From Salpingoeca rosetta (Eukaryota > Protista > Choanoflagellata), in the NCBI GenBank assembly GCA_033442325.1, contig JAWQFM010000022.1:712746-776745 (forward strand): a DNA stretch of 64,000 nt, given 5' to 3'. The position numbers and the translations under genes were made by a program. This document shows positions 12,398-49,052 of this stretch, piece by piece. The notes beneath the pieces are model-generated. The model searched no databases. It was not told the DNA's origin and saw only the letters and a program-made list of their open reading frames with translations. Numbering within the stretch: the stretch's first letter is position 1; every line of letters begins with the position of its first letter.

Positions 12398-12646
12398 GGC
12401 TGCACACGCTCGTTGCTTGATTGCTTGTTGGACTGTCGGGGGGTTGCTCTGTGCTTTGGAGATTGTTCTGTTTTTGTTGACATTGACGTGTGTGACAGAG
12501 AGAGAGAGAGAGAGAGACGCAAAGGGAAACAAGAGGAAACGAGAGGAAACACAGACACACACACACAGACACACCCACACAGACACAGACACACACACAC
12601 ACACACACGTACACACACACACACACACAGAGAGACACCCACACAC

Positions 12647-12684
<38 letters not shown>

Positions 12685-12707
12685 CGACCTGGTTTGTCGT
12701 CGTCGTT

Positions 12708-12725
12708 TTCAAAATTTGGCGGCGG
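12708..12725 (-). promoter_or_regulatory. CDE/CHR-like element upstream of the NuMA-like gene
   Basis: Minus strand reads CCGCCGCC-AAAT-TTTGAA: GC-rich element, 4-nt spacer, TTTGAA, about 310 bp upstream of the ATG. Confidence 0.4.
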
Positions 12726-13130
12726 CCAGCGATTGCAGGTTGTAGAAAATTGGCAATATTCTTAGGACGCAAAACGGGCCGATGATGTGCCCGTAATCGA
12801 AGAAAGCCGTGCAGGCAGGTTTTCGGTTCTGCAAATGCGGCGTCTTGCCCATCTGAATCTGAGCGGGCTGGTTGGCGGCAAGAACGACTGAAAGGTCAGT
12901 GTTTGTCATTGCCATCAACCATTTTCCAAGCCAGTGTGCAATCCACAAACCCTGCGCCATCAATCCACTGCTGCCACACACACATTACCACCCCACCCAA
13001 TCACACGTGTGGTTGCTTCGCCGCTTCCATCCCGTCCATCCACATCTCCGTCCTTTCCATCACACTCAACACTTAACACCTTTCTTGCACCCGCACGTAC
13101 CCCCTCACACACACACACACACAGCGCGCC

Positions 13131-16100
13131 ATGATCTGTGGTCAAAGTAGTCGGTTAGCCCGGCTGGCAACAACACCCGTCTGGGTGCGCCATGCCTCGC
13201 TGATTACCCACCGCCATCAACTGAGCGATCCCCGCATCGCGCGCCGCGTCGTGATCAAGCTCGGCTCGGCAGTGATCACCCGGCAGGACGAAGTCGGTGT
13301 CGCCCTTGGCCGCATGGCCTCCATCATCGAACAGGCCTCTGAGCTCCAGCAGCAGGGCCGCGAGGTGATCCTCGTCACCAGCGGTGCCGTGGCCTTTGGC
13401 AAGCAGCTCCTGCAGCAGCAGCACGCGCTGTCGCGGTCCATTCGACAGACGCTCAAGGTTGGCGGCCGCCATACCCTCGGCGGCGTCGATCCCCGCGCCG
13501 CCTCCGCCGCTGGCCAGGGTGGCCTTGTCTCCCTCTACCAGTCCATGTTCTCCCAGTACGGCATCACCTGTGCCCAGGTGCTTGTCACCAAGAACGACTT
13601 CCGCGCCCGCTCCACCGTCAACAACCTCACCGATACCCTCAACGAGCTTCTTTCCATGAACGTCATCCCCGTCATCAACGAGAACGACGCCGTGTCCCCG
13701 CCAGGCATGCAGGACGCCGACCTTGACGGCGTGCTCAGCGTACTTGACAACGACTCCCTTGCCGCCAACGTCGCCAAGCAAGTCGGCGCCGATGCCCTCC
13801 TCCTCCTCTCCGACGTCGATGGCATCTACAGGTGCGTTTGTGGTTGTTGTTGTTGTTGTTATCTGTGTGTGTGTGTGCGTGTGTGTGTGCACGCGTGTGG
13901 TTTTGCGCACTCGCTCTTGCTCTTGCCTTTGCCCTTTGCACTTGTGCGCGATTGTTCCCTTTCCAACCCCCCTGCCCTGCCCTTTTTTGCGCATCTCCTT
14001 TCTTTCTCCTCACACACCCACTCCCCCAAATGCATGCATGCACACACGCAAACATGACCATGCACACACGCAAACATGACAAATCATCCATGGATTTGTG
14101 TGCAGTGGCCCTCCTGACAAGAAGACGTCCCGTCTCCTGGACCGGTACTGCCCGAGCAAGGACCCAGACGTCACCTTTGGCGGCGGCTCCAAGGTTGGCC
14201 GTGGTGGCATGCAGGCCAAGGTCGACTCTGCCACGTGGGCTTGGCGCAACGGCACCGCCGTCATCATCGCCAACGGAACCAAGCTCAACACCATCAAGGC
14301 CGTCACCTCTGGCGAGCGCGTGGGCACCTTCTTCACCAGCGAGGAGTCGATGCGCGCCAACGTGGAGGAGCAATGCAAGGCGGTCCGCAGCGGCGGCCGC
14401 AAGCTGTCCCAGCTGCCTGCCGACCAGCGCCGCGCCATCATTGAGCGCCTTGCAGACCTCCTTCTCGAGCGCGAGTCTGAGATTATGAAGGCCAACCAGC
14501 GCGACATCAAGGCTGCCGTTGCCTCCAAGACCTCCGATGCCCTCGTTGCCCGCCTCTCCCTCACCTCGTCCAAGCTCAAGTCCCTCGCTGACGGCCTTCG
14601 CCAGATTGCCGCCGGCTGCGATACGCACATTGGCCACATCCTCAAGAAGACAAAGGTCGGCTTTTGTTGCGGTGCTCATCCAGCTCGCTGCTTGCTTTGT
14701 ACGCACATGAGCTGTTGTTGTCTTTTGTTCTTTTGTTTGTTTGTGTTGGATGCATGTGTGCTTGGCTTTCCTGCTCAAAACAAGCCTTCCCTCATCCTCA
14801 CACCGATCCACAACCGCGCACACCCTCTCCCTTGTGCTCCTCCTCCTCCTCCTCCTGTTGGTTTGTTGCGGTGCAGATTGGCGAGGGTTTGGTGCTGCAG
14901 CAGGAGACTGTGCCCATTGGCGTGCTGATGGTCATCTTCGAGTCCCGCCCCGACTGCCTGCCCCAGGTCTCTGCCCTCGCCATCGCCAGCGGCAACGGCC
15001 TCCTCCTCAAGGGCGGCAAGGAAGCAAAGCACAGCAACGCATACCTCCACAGCCTCGGTACGCGCGCGTGTGTGTGTGTTTGCTTTGTGTGTTTGTGTCT
15101 GTGTGTGTCTGTGTGTGTATGGATGTGCGTCTGTGTCTGTGTCTGTCCGTTGCCTTGTATCTGTTGCGCTTGTGCCGGTGCATGTGCCATGTTCATCATT
15201 GAAGTGTCTCACATGTTTTTGTTTGTGTGCTCTTCGTGTTTGCAGTGCAAGAGGCGCTCTCGATGCACGTTGATCCCCAGACCGTCACACTCGTCAGCAC
15301 CCGCGAGGGTGTCTCCTCCCTCCTCGAGGTAAAGGCCGCACCCACTATGCACCCGTGTTGTTTCGTCCACACACGCCCGTGCCGCCTCCTTGTTGTACCC
15401 TCGTTTGCAATCCTGATGCATTCTCACATTTTTTCCTCCATACACGTGTGTGTTTTTTGTGTGTGGTTTCTGTACTTCAGCTTGAGGGCATGATTGACCT
15501 CATCATCCCACGCGGCAGCAACGAACTCGGTTAGCGCCTCACATCGTGGTTACTTGCATTGTTTGCTCGTGTCCTCTATATGTGCGTGTGTCTATGACTG
15601 CACTGGTGCGCGCCACTGTGTGTGTGTGTGTGTGTTGTTAATTTGTTTTGTTCATCCAGCCTCACACCCCATGTGTGCTGTTGTGCCCCTGCAGTGAAGA
15701 ACATCCAGGACCAGGCTGGCGGCATCCCCGTGATGGGCCACGCCGATGGCATCTGCCACGTGTACATGGACAAGGACGCCGATCCGCAGAAGGCCATCGA
15801 GGTTGTCATCGACGCCAAGACAGACTACCCTGCCGCATGCAACGCCATGGAGACGCTGCTCGTGCACCGCGACCTCGTCAACACGGACGCCTTCAACGAC
15901 GTTCTTCGCGGACTCAAGAAGGCCGGCGTACGTTCACGCCCTGCCGCCGTCTGTCTCTATCTGTCTCTGTCTGTCTGTATGAAGTCGCGCTACGAACCTT
16001 GTATTGGTGTGCATGTGCATGTCACTTTGTTGGCCCATGTGCACCCGTGTGTACTGTGCACGACTTTGATTCGCTCACGCTGATGTTGGCCGCGTGCGAC

Positions 16101-17433
16101 GTGTTGGGTGTGCGCAGGTGAAGGTGCACGTTGGTCCCCGCCTGGACGAGCTTGTTGCGCTTGGCGGTCCCCCTGTCGACGACTACCACATTGAGTACGG
16201 CGAGCTCGAGTGCACCGTCGAGGTCGTTGATGACACCGACGCAGCCATTAACGTGAGTACCGCGATGAAGTTGCGAAGACTGTGCCATGCTGGTGATTGA
16301 TTATGTTATGTTATCGTCATGCATATTGTGGTTCTGTTGCCGTGCCTGTTTTTGTATTTGCAGTTTTGCATGCCAAGCACTCCAGCAACACCGTTTCCTC
16401 CTCACACTTGACCTTTTCTCTTGCTCCTCTTCTTTCCCTTCCTCCCCCCCCCTTTTAGCACATTCACGACTACGGCAGCTCCCACACGGACGTGATCCTC
16501 ACAGAGAACAAGGACACCGCCAAGAAGTGCGTTGCGCGTGCGTGTGTGTGTGTGTGTGTGTGTTCGATGTCCTGAACACCCACCTCCTGCCTCTTTCCTT
16601 CTCCCACCACGACCGCGCAGTCTTTAATGAACCTCACACACGAATGGCGTATTGTCTTTCCTCGCTCTCCCCCCCCCCAAAAAAACCAAAAACGTTTTCA
16701 GGTTCCTGAACGAGGTTGACAGCGCGTGCGTCTTCTGGAACGCCAGCAGCCGCTTTGCCGATGGTCAGTGAGATGTCCTTGGTATCTCGAATGCCCATGC
16801 CTGTGTCACCCACCATTTGTCGCGTGCGCTACTGCCGACACATTGATTGCAGCGATATGGCCCACAAGCCGGTTTGGTAACTTCACACTCATCCCTCCTT
16901 TTTTCCTCCCCCCCCCCCCCACCACAAACAAATGCGACCATACGTGTGCAGGCTACCGCTTTGGCCTTGGTGCTGAGGTTGGCATCTCCACATCGCGCAT
17001 CCACGCCGTAAGTCGCCCTGGGGTGCACACGACATCACATTGCGCTACTCCGCCATGGCGAAGAGAAAATACCCGGCAGTGAATGTTGTTGTGGTCATGT
17101 TGTTGCTGCCCTTGTTCATCCGTACGCCTGCCTGGCTGGTGCACTCCACCCGCCATCTTGATCGTCCACACCATCGTTCATGCTCGTCTGCACCATCGCT
17201 CACACATTTTATTCCTCCCCCCTTCTCTCTCTCTCCTCGCTTTCTCTTCGTTTCCTCGTGCTTTTTTGTGTGCGAACCCCCAGCGCGGTCCCGTTGGCGT
17301 TGAGGGTCTGCTGACGACCAAGTGGAAGCTCGTTGGCCACGGCCACACCGTCAAGGAGTTCAACACGGGCGAGCTCGACTATGTCTTTGAGAAGCTGCCT
17401 CTCGACTCTGGTGACGCCGCAGACGACGCGTAA
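13131..17433 (+). CDS. ALDH18A1: Delta-1-pyrroline-5-carboxylate synthase (bifunctional glutamate 5-kinase/glutamyl-phosphate reductase)
   Basis: Motifs [99 protein letters not shown] and [14 protein letters not shown] across about 11 exons. Arg-rich N-terminus resembles a mitochondrial presequence. Confidence 0.97.
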
Positions 17434-17743
17434 ACCCCAGCGCAAGTCCCAAGTCATTTTTGTACCTCCCTCTCCCAAACAAGCCAAACTATTCCCCGTT
17501 GTGTTTTTGTGAGTGTATGTGAGTGTATGTGTGTCAGGTTGTTACACGTGTGTTGTTGGACAACGGCTGCCCCGCCTTTCCTTGTCTCTCCACCATCTCC
17601 ATTCTATGTGTAGTTTGACCGAAACCGTGTAGCTGTTGTGCTTGCGTCTCCACTTGTCTCCTGTTGTGCATGTGCGTGCGCTTTTCACACGCCGCTCTCT
17701 TGCAGCTCCCGTGTGTTCCGTGATGTCCTTGTCATGATAGTGT

Positions 17744-17813
<70 letters not shown>

Positions 17814-18512
17814 TTTCCCCTCTCCCGTGTCTGTCTCTCTTGTTGCTGCAAGCTCGAGCGAGTCACACCAGGCGCGTTATTTTCGCTGCTCATGTGTGTG
17901 AGTGTGCGTGTGTGCATTTTACACACAATCCAGGCGTACATGCATGTTGCTGTGCCTTTGCACCCCCGTATGCTTGTGGCGCCATGCGCACTATCGTATC
18001 CGTTACACAGTTGCGACGCAAGCCCACAACCGTCAGTCAGTCAAGCCTTTTGTGTGGAGGGGTGAGCATTGGGTGTTGGGTAGAGACAAAACCCAATCAT
18101 CAACACAGAGAAAGCATGCAAGCAATAGTGTGTGCCATGTTCAGTTGCTCGGTGCTGCTGTGGGTGTTTACTCTTGTGTGCAATACGAAGCAAGAACAAT
18201 CCACGAGAAACGTGGGGTGTGACAACAGTGATGAACGAGTTGGAAGATAGTGCCCACGCAGCAAACAGACAGGAAGCAAACAAGACACAAAGACACGCAC
18301 ACAATGTCGAACAATGTCAGACGAAACCACGCGCACGTACGAGCTCACGTGACACAGAACAGAGAGGCTAATGAGTCGAGTAGTGGATGGAACAAGAGTG
18401 CAAGAGAGGGAGGAGAGGAGGAGTTGGGAAGAGGACGTGTGTGTCGGCTTGCATGTTGGGTGATTGGATGTGTGGTAGGGCATGCAAGCACGGGTTGTGT
18501 GTGTGTCTCCGC

Positions 18513-20344
18513 TTATTCTGTCTTGCCAAACTGCTGCCCTTGTGTCTGTAAACGTCGAAATCAGGGAAGTGGAAGGGAAACGTATGCGTGTGTATGTGTG
18601 TGTAAAGATGTGTTTGCATGTGCATATGCATGTGAGTAGTGGAAGTAGTGACACTTTCCAGTGAAGAAAAGGCCACGACATGTCCAAAGCATCACATAGC
18701 ACACAGCACAGCACAGCACAAACTACACAACACACAGCACAGCACAAACTACACAACACACAGCACAGCACAGCAGAGAACAAGCACCAATGACAGGGCA
18801 CCTGGATGATGGCGACGATGATGCCAAAGAGGCCGATGGCGGTGCCGAAAATCTCCACAATGAGCAGCTTCACAAACAGCGACGCGTTCTGCGCATCAGA
18901 CAACGCGGCACCACTGCGCCCACGCAACGGAAAACAAACGGGAGTGATGGTAATAGCGGTGGTAGTCGTTGTGGTGGTGGTTGTGGTGGTGGTGGCGGCG
19001 GTGGTCGTGGTGAGATGAGAAGAAAAACAGCACACATTCACACGAGCACACAAACACTATTNNNNNNNNNNNNNNNNNNNNNNNNNNNNNNNNNNNNNNN
19101 NNNNNNNNNNNNNNNNNNNNNNNNNNNNNNNNNNNNNNNNNNNNNNNNNNNNNNNNNNNNNNNNNNNNNNNNNNNNNNNNNNNNNNNNNNNNNNNNNNNN
19201 NNNNNNNNNNNNNNNNNNNNNNNNNNNNNNNNNNNNNNNNNNNNNNNNNNNNNNNNNNNNNNNNNNNNNNNNNNNNNNNNNNNNNNNNNNNNNNNNNNNN
19301 NNNNNNNNNNNNNNNNNNNNNNNNNNNNNNNNNNNNNNNNNNNNNNNNNNNNNNNNNNNNNNNNNNNNNNNNNNNNNNNNNNNNNNNNNNNNNNNNNNNN
19401 NNNNNNNNNNNNNNNNNNNNNNNNNNNNNNNNNNNNNNNNNNNNNNNNNNNNNNNNNNNNNNNNNNNNNNNNNNNNNNNNNNNNNNNNNNNNNNNNNNNN
19501 NNNNNNNNNNNNNNNNNNNNNNNNNNNNNNNNNNNNNNNNNNNNNNNNNNNNNNNNNNNNNNNNNNNNNNNNNNNNNNNNNNNNNNNNNNNNNNNNNNNN
19601 NNNNNNNNNNNNNNNNNNNNNNNNNNNNNNNNNNNNNNNNNNNNNNNNNNNNNCACACACACACGAGCTTACACACGCACACGCACACACGCACACGCAC
19701 ACAAACACACACACGAGCTTACACACGCACACGCACACACGCACACGCACACAAACACACACACACGCACACAAACATGGGGACAATGCCCCACCTGATG
19801 AGGTTCTTGGTCTTGATGCGAGGAGCCATCACGCCACCGCCAAGGATGCTAGAGCCCGTGAGGAAGATGCCCCTGCGACGATGACATGGTGTGCGTGTGA
19901 GGAAGAAGAGGGACAGCAAAGCAAAGAGGCCTTCATACAAGCTGCGCACGGACAACGCGTGCTTTCGTTGACGCACGGAAAGCGTACCATGCGGCGCCCA
20001 CGACGGACACGGAGATGGCCAGGCCAACGCCAAGTGACGCCCACAAGTAAGGCGAGGTGGTCAAGAAGAAGCTGCAACACCAACCATGGCACACAAGAGC
20101 ACAGGCAATACCATGAGTTGTGAGCAGGAAGTCACAAGTACACGTGCACATGAATTGCACACAAGTGTTCATCACATGCACGCGTGTGTATGAGAAACAG
20201 CATTGTGGCACGCCGCCACAACCAAAAGCATCAGCGTACTCATCAAGGGTGAAGCGATACGACTGCCGGGTGATGGTCATCCATGTTGCTGTTCAGTTGG
20301 AACATGCATGTTGCGACAGTGAGCGAGTCAATTTTTGTGTGTGT

Positions 20345-20384
<40 letters not shown>

Positions 20385-20636
20385 AACTTCTTGTGGAGGC
20401 GTGTACAGCATGGTGAATGCGCAATGTGTTTGCTGGCGCATGAATGAGGGCATGGCCAGCAAGCGATTGCATGGGGTGCTGCTGCCCATCGCTCCAGCTC
20501 GTTAAAGTCTCTAATTCACACACAACAACACCATCGCGAATGCACGACAGCCACGGCACGCACCGACGCCGATGAAGAGGGCAGAGACGGTGATGATCAC
20601 GCCCCATGTGGCCGTGGAGACGGCTGACATGGCCAT
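18513..20636 (-). CDS. ATP6V0B: V-type ATPase proteolipid subunit c'' (Vma16)
   Basis: Exons encode [114 protein letters not shown] and [10 protein letters not shown]. The middle exon(s) fall in the gap. Confidence 0.93.
19062..19653. other. Assembly gap hiding part of the V-ATPase c'' coding sequence
   Basis: N run. The conserved segment expected after KNLI is absent. Confidence 1.
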
Positions 20637-20660
20637 GGTGCGAGCGGTGCGGGGTGTGTT

Positions 20661-20718
<58 letters not shown>

Positions 20719-21082
20719 TGGGTTGCTCTGTATTTGATGGTGGTGTGCGTGGTGGGTTTGCGGCCTCCAAAGTTGTTGCAGAAATATTGTGAAAAGCTTT
20801 GGTCAATTGTCATTTCGGCCTTTTTATAGGATATTGGATATGGAGGAAAAGGACGGTGCTGGTTGTGATTGTGGTGGTTGTGGTGGAAGTTGCAGATGCA
20901 AATGGGGAGACATAATGTAACAACAAAGGTGAAATGGGCGACAGTGACTCACTGGCATGCTGAATGGAAATGACGACGACAACACACACATGAGCACCCA
21001 TGAACGTTGACGCTGTCGTGTGTAACGTGAAAACTGAAGAAGAGAGCGGCTTCGAAGAGAACAGCCGACACAAGAGAGAGAA

Positions 21083-21113
<31 letters not shown>

Positions 21114-21165
21114 TGTGTGTGTGAAACAAACAGTGGATGAAAGTTGATGACATGGACCGGCTTGA

Positions 21166-25290
<4,125 letters not shown>

Positions 25291-26286
25291 CTTGCTCTTC
25301 GTTCACTGTTGCTGCCGCTGCTGCTGCCGCTGATAACAAGGAAAAGAAATGGCAATGCCTCGCCAACGCTTGGTGCTTGCCTTTCTTCTTGTCTTGCTCA
25401 ACAACCGGCCGTGTGGGTAGGTCCAGTCCGTGGCGGTGGTTGTGTGGTGCTTGATCAATGTTGTGGTTGTCATGTCACATCATCATTGCACTGCCATTGA
25501 CGCACTGTCTGCACCTTGCACATCACACCAAAGCGACAACGACACCATCCTTGGTGGCGAAGTCAGATAAACATTGGAAAACACAGTCAATCTTTGCACA
25601 AGGATTGAAGCGCGTCCACGCTCCTCACAAACAATTCCGCTCAGCCACGCTTCCTTCGGCTCAACACGCCCTCAACAACACGCACACACACACACACTCT
25701 CTCTCTCCTTGTCGCGATTCGATTGGCAAGCGTTCGGTTTGGTCTGTGTAATGGTGCAGGTTCAGCAAGAGCGTGCCGCTTTTCTCAACGCTGACACACA
25801 CACAATGCTCGACAAGCAAACACGCGACGGACATCTTGGTCTGCGCTGCAACTCATCCCACCCCACACAAGGGGGAGGAAGTGCGCGACAAAACACAAGA
25901 CCACAACGGCGGTGTACAGGCGAGCGGCTCGGCCAGCAAACAAACACGGCTGCTGCTGAAGCAAACAGCCACCACACGACACAAACAGCGGGAAATGCAC
26001 AAGGGGGATCGAGAGAGCATGTTTGCATACTGTACAGCAGTAGCAGTAGCGCCAGCCAATTAGAAGAACCACGGCGGCACAAGGACTCACATTATTTGAG
26101 AGAAGGCAAGAGAGAGAAGAGGGGGAAGAGAGAAGAGAATTACAAAGAGGGGAAACAAGCAAAGAGGCAGAACAAGCACATGCTCACTGCACATGCACGA
26201 ACAGCGCACTTGGCTCAAGAACAGAGCAAAGGCAACACATACAACTACAAAGTCTGTGAAGAAGACGTTGTTGTTGTTGTGGTCGT

Positions 26287-26658
26287 TTACTTGCCACCGG
26301 CGGAGGTGTACTTGGTGACGGCCTTGGTGCCCTCGGAGACGGCGTGCTTGGCAAGCTCACCGGGGAGGAGCAGGCGGATGGCCGTCTGGATCTCCCGGGA
26401 GGAGATGGTGGACTTGTTGTTGTACTTGGCCAGGCGGGATGCCTCGTTGGCGATGCGCTCGAAGATGTCGTTGACAAACGAGTTGAGGATGCTCATGGCC
26501 TTGGAGGAGATGCCGACGTCGGGGTGGACCTGCTTCAGGACCTTGTAGATGTAGATGCTGTAGGACTCCTTGCGCTTCTTGCGGCGCTTGCCCTCACCGG
26601 CGGCGGCCTTGGCCTTGCCTGCCTTCTTCTCGCCCTTCTTGGAAACCTTGGGTGGCAT
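26287..26658 (-). CDS. H2B: Histone H2B, intronless
   Basis: [42 protein letters not shown]...[22 protein letters not shown]. Confidence 0.99.
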   Translation of the reverse strand: MPPKVSKKGEKKAGKAKAAAGEGKRRKKRKESYSIYIYKVLKQVHPDVGISSKAMSILNSFVNDIFERIANEASRLAKYNNKSTISSREIQTAIRLLLPGELAKHAVSEGTKAVTKYTSAGGK

Positions 26659-26738
26659 CTTGGAGAGTTGGCTGTGGTGGTGGTAGTCGTCGAAGACGTG
26701 GGGTGCGGGGATGTGCTTGACTTGGCTGGTGGAAGTAG

Positions 26739-27629
<891 letters not shown>

Positions 27630-28270
27630 GCACCTCCACACTTGCCTTTTGTGTGTTACATTACGTCAGTGTACATGTGCGTACTGAGGCACTTGTTCTA
27701 ATCTCCCCTCCTTTGCTCCTTTGTCAATATTCTCCCACACACGAGTCCGTTGGGCTTGCTGCTTCCCCTCTTCGTTCGTGGTTTGGTTGAATCAGGTCTG
27801 ATTGACTTGCCTCTCTCGCTGTGTGTCATGCCGATGATGCTGCTCATCTCGGTGGCAATCTCGATTAATTGCCCAGTCTGATAATGTTTACCATGCGTGT
27901 TGGCCCTTGACTCGGGGTGTCCTCGCTCAACTGTGGGGTGTGGATGTTGCGCGCCTCTGTTTTCATGGCTTGGCTGCTGCGATCCCACCACGCGTTGACT
28001 GATGCTTACAAACCAAGTAAAGACCAACCAACACAACTACTGTCACTACCAAACAAAGTAATGAATGGGAGAAACAACTGTATTGAAAATAGGCGTGATT
28101 GTTACACAAGAGCGCGTGTGTGAGTGCTGAAAACCTCACACTAGCACCCATCTCTCTCTCTCTCCTATCAATCAACTTGACATCATGTCACCTCTGCCTC
28201 ACCATGAATGAAGAACGGTTTACTTTTATGACACACGCTTCCAACACAGCACAGTCGACATTCGGCCACA

Positions 28271-34245
<5,975 letters not shown>

Positions 34246-34614
34246 GGCTGCGGTGATGTGACACGGGGTTCTCGGGTGCTGGTGTGTGTTCCTTGTCGCC
34301 AAACCACGTGTGTATCTGTCTCTTGCCTTTTTTGTCGGCTGAAGATTTAATGCACAAATAACGACTGGATGGTGAAGATGGAAGGAGAACCGTGGCTGCA
34401 CATGCACGAACGTGACATGACACCAGGCAGTTGTGCTTGACGAGGTCACGCACACCACCCACACACCAGAGCCATCAAAGAGCCGTCAAAGCGGTGGAGA
34501 TCGGGGATACATAAAAACATAAAGATAGGCAGAAGCGAAGCCATGCAAGAGCCATGCGTTGCCGAAAGCGCATGTACATGGTTATTGGTGCTTCAAACCA
34601 CCGCCAGCCAGGCG

Positions 34615-35985
34615 CTATCTGGGGCGTTGCGGGTGCTGCGTGAGAACACTGGGGAAATCCATGATTAAGGCAGTCCATGAGCTACCACCACCACCACCAC
34701 CGTCGCCATCTCCGCCACCAATGTCGTCACCATCTGCAGCAGTGCTGCGTGCTGTGTCGTCAGTGATTGCCGTGGAGGCCTGTGCAAAGTTGAGGTGGAT
34801 GGTGGTTACCTCGAAGGGAGAGGTTCGCGTGGTAAAGGGAAGCGCGCTATCCATGCTTGCCGTCGTGCTGTCATCAACAGCACTTGTGAAGGGCCCGTAT
34901 GCCTGCTGCATGTGCCGACACAGCAGCGCCTGCCGTGCGTGATCAACGAGGCCCGACACTTGCAGCTCGCGCAGGTCGCCATCGCACAGTTGCTCGGACA
35001 CGCGGGTGAACGAGAGCAGGAACTGGACCGGGCTGGAGTCTGTGAGCCGCAGCTGTGTCGTGCGCTCGTCCAACACAGCGTGGTCAGTCAGGATGCTTGC
35101 TGAGAACAGCGTGGACGTGTCTGTGTCGCACTTCACCTCGGGGCCCATCGCAATCGCAACATTCCCTCCTCCTCCTTCTCGCTGCATTGCCATTACTGGG
35201 TGCCATGGTCGTGCGAACCCGGCTTCAACGCCTTCGCCGTTCTCGTCATCTGTACCATCGTGGTCGTTCTCCTCGTCATCATCTGCATCCTCGTCCTCAT
35301 CGTCAGCGCGGGTGTTGCCGTCACCGTTGCTTTCATCGCCATCATCTCGTCTTGCATCGAGTGGCTGCTGTGCCATCTCAGATTCACCAGGTAACACGCC
35401 ATTACCGGCGCCGTCACCACCGCGGCTGTCCATGGCCGTGCCGCCTTGCGCTCTGTTATTGTTGGCGTTGGTCCAATGCACTGAAGACAAAGTACTGGTG
35501 CCAGCACCCTGCTGCTGTGTGCGCCATGGTGGCTCGCTGCCCGGGTGATGCTCGTCTCCCTGCGGGAGGTCGCTCTCCATCGCAAAGGGTGGCTGGTGCA
35601 CTCCGTGTTCCCGCTCCTGGGCATGTGTAGCCGCTGCCTCGGTGTTTGTTGTTAACGCGACAGGAACGCGTGTGTGGTCTTGCGTCACCTGGACATGCGG
35701 CCGTTGCCCCTGTTGCCCCTGTTGCCCCTGTTGCCCCCGTTGCTGTGACAGCGCAGAGGCAAGCGAAGCGGGAGAGTGGTACGAGCGAAAGCGTGGCCCG
35801 TCGTCATCGTCGTCGTCGTCGGTGGTGGTGTTGTTATCGTTGTCTGTGTGGCTGCGCTGCACTCGCTGGTGCTCGTCACCAACGCCCATGCCAACGCCAG
35901 GGACGGGGAATGGGAGGATGGTCGCAATGTACCCGAGCACCTTCCACAGCGCCACCTGGATGGCTGTAACCGCAGCATCCAGCAT
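34615..35985 (-). CDS. Hypothetical intronless protein (~456 aa): hydrophobic N-terminus, acidic disordered middle, possibly globular C-terminus
   Basis: Uninterrupted, GC-rich, repeat-poor ORF starting MLDAAVTAIQVALWKVLGYIATILPFP. No family recognised. Confidence 0.6.
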   Translation of the reverse strand: MLDAAVTAIQVALWKVLGYIATILPFPVPGVGMGVGDEHQRVQRSHTDNDNNTTTDDDDDDDGPRFRSYHSPASLASALSQQRGQQGQQGQQGQRPHVQVTQDHTRVPVALTTNTEAAATHAQEREHGVHQPPFAMESDLPQGDEHHPGSEPPWRTQQQGAGTSTLSSVHWTNANNNRAQGGTAMDSRGGDGAGNGVLPGESEMAQQPLDARRDDGDESNGDGNTRADDEDEDADDDEENDHDGTDDENGEGVEAGFARPWHPVMAMQREGGGGNVAIAMGPEVKCDTDTSTLFSASILTDHAVLDERTTQLRLTDSSPVQFLLSFTRVSEQLCDGDLRELQVSGLVDHARQALLCRHMQQAYGPFTSAVDDSTTASMDSALPFTTRTSPFEVTTIHLNFAQASTAITDDTARSTAADGDDIGGGDGDGGGGGGSSWTALIMDFPSVLTQHPQRPR

Positions 35986-36257
35986 CCTCCCTTTGACCCC
36001 AAAGGCAGAGCACAGAGCTGAAGTGGGAAGGGCGGTGGGTGAAAGGATGGTTGACGCACAATGGTTGATGTGATGTGAAGCAAGCGAGCACGCAATGGTT
36101 GCTGTGAAGCAAGTGAGCACGCAAGAGGAAGGACAGCGAAACAAGGAAATGAAAGAAGTCGTGGCAAACGACGACAAAAAGTAAGAAGAAGCAAGAAGCG
36201 GAACTTTGCGTGTTGTGATTGACAAGGTGGGCACAAGCAAGGACAGAGCAGTGGAGC

Positions 36258-41158
<4,901 letters not shown>

Positions 41159-41573
41159 CTTGCTGAGGCAACATGCGATGTGCTCACATGAGTATGTATG
41201 GAATACATGCGCGTGTGCTGTTGCTGTTGTTGTTGCGTCGCTTGATTGTATGATGATGGCATTTGACTGCATGATGAAATGATGGCATGTCTGTGCGAGC
41301 GTGTGTGAGCCGAGGTGCCTTCTGTGGATGTACACATGCACGTGCAGCTCTCGAGTGCCTCTGTAATGAACATCAACATACAACTGCACCACAACCAGCA
41401 CGGGACCTAAACCCTTCAAACCCGCGCATTTGAAAAAGCATGAACATGCCGATACCATCTGTGCATCATCAGCAACAACCGAAAGCGGCCACACTAACCA
41501 TCGCCAGCACAAGCATCAACGCCAACACTAGCACAAGCACCATCACCAATCAACTGCACACACGCCACCGCCA

Positions 41574-46833
<5,260 letters not shown>

Positions 46834-46861
46834 ATGCCCCATCCCACATTGCACCACATGC

Positions 46862-48498
<1,637 letters not shown>

Positions 48499-48557
48499 TC
48501 GCCTACGTGTTTGTCTGAGTCCATCTGTGTCTGTTGCAATTGCTTCACGTTTAGCCG

Positions 48558-48594
<37 letters not shown>

Positions 48595-48805
48595 GCGTTT
48601 TTGTTCTTGGTTCTTGGTTCTTGGTTCTTTAATGCACCCTTTTTCTTTTCCATCACCCTTTTGTTTTGGGATGCAAGTGCGCAGCGCAATCTGCCCCGTC
48701 GTGCGTTTGAGATACAACAACATGTCGCAAAGATGGCGTTCCTGCAGCAACTGCTGTGATGCGGTTTGCTGAGTTGCTGTGTGAGTGCACACACACGCAC
48801 GCACG

Positions 48806-48938
<133 letters not shown>

Positions 48939-49052
48939 TTTTGAATTTGGCGGCGCCACAGTTGATTCATTAATTTGTGGTGTTGTATACTCGCCTTAGA
49001 TACGACGACTCGCCAGCAGCCAGGACCAACACCACCACCAACACCAGCAGCC

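Noticed and set aside
26211-26230. Histone 3' stem-loop-like TGCTCTGTTCTTGAGCC downstream of H2B
   Set aside because: Only a 4-bp stem that deviates from the 6-bp/4-nt consensus, with no counterpart after H3.
48990-49003. RFX X-box-like CTCGCCTTAGATAC upstream of the ciliary CCDC42/CFAP73 gene
   Set aside because: Too weak a match to the palindromic consensus to call by eye.
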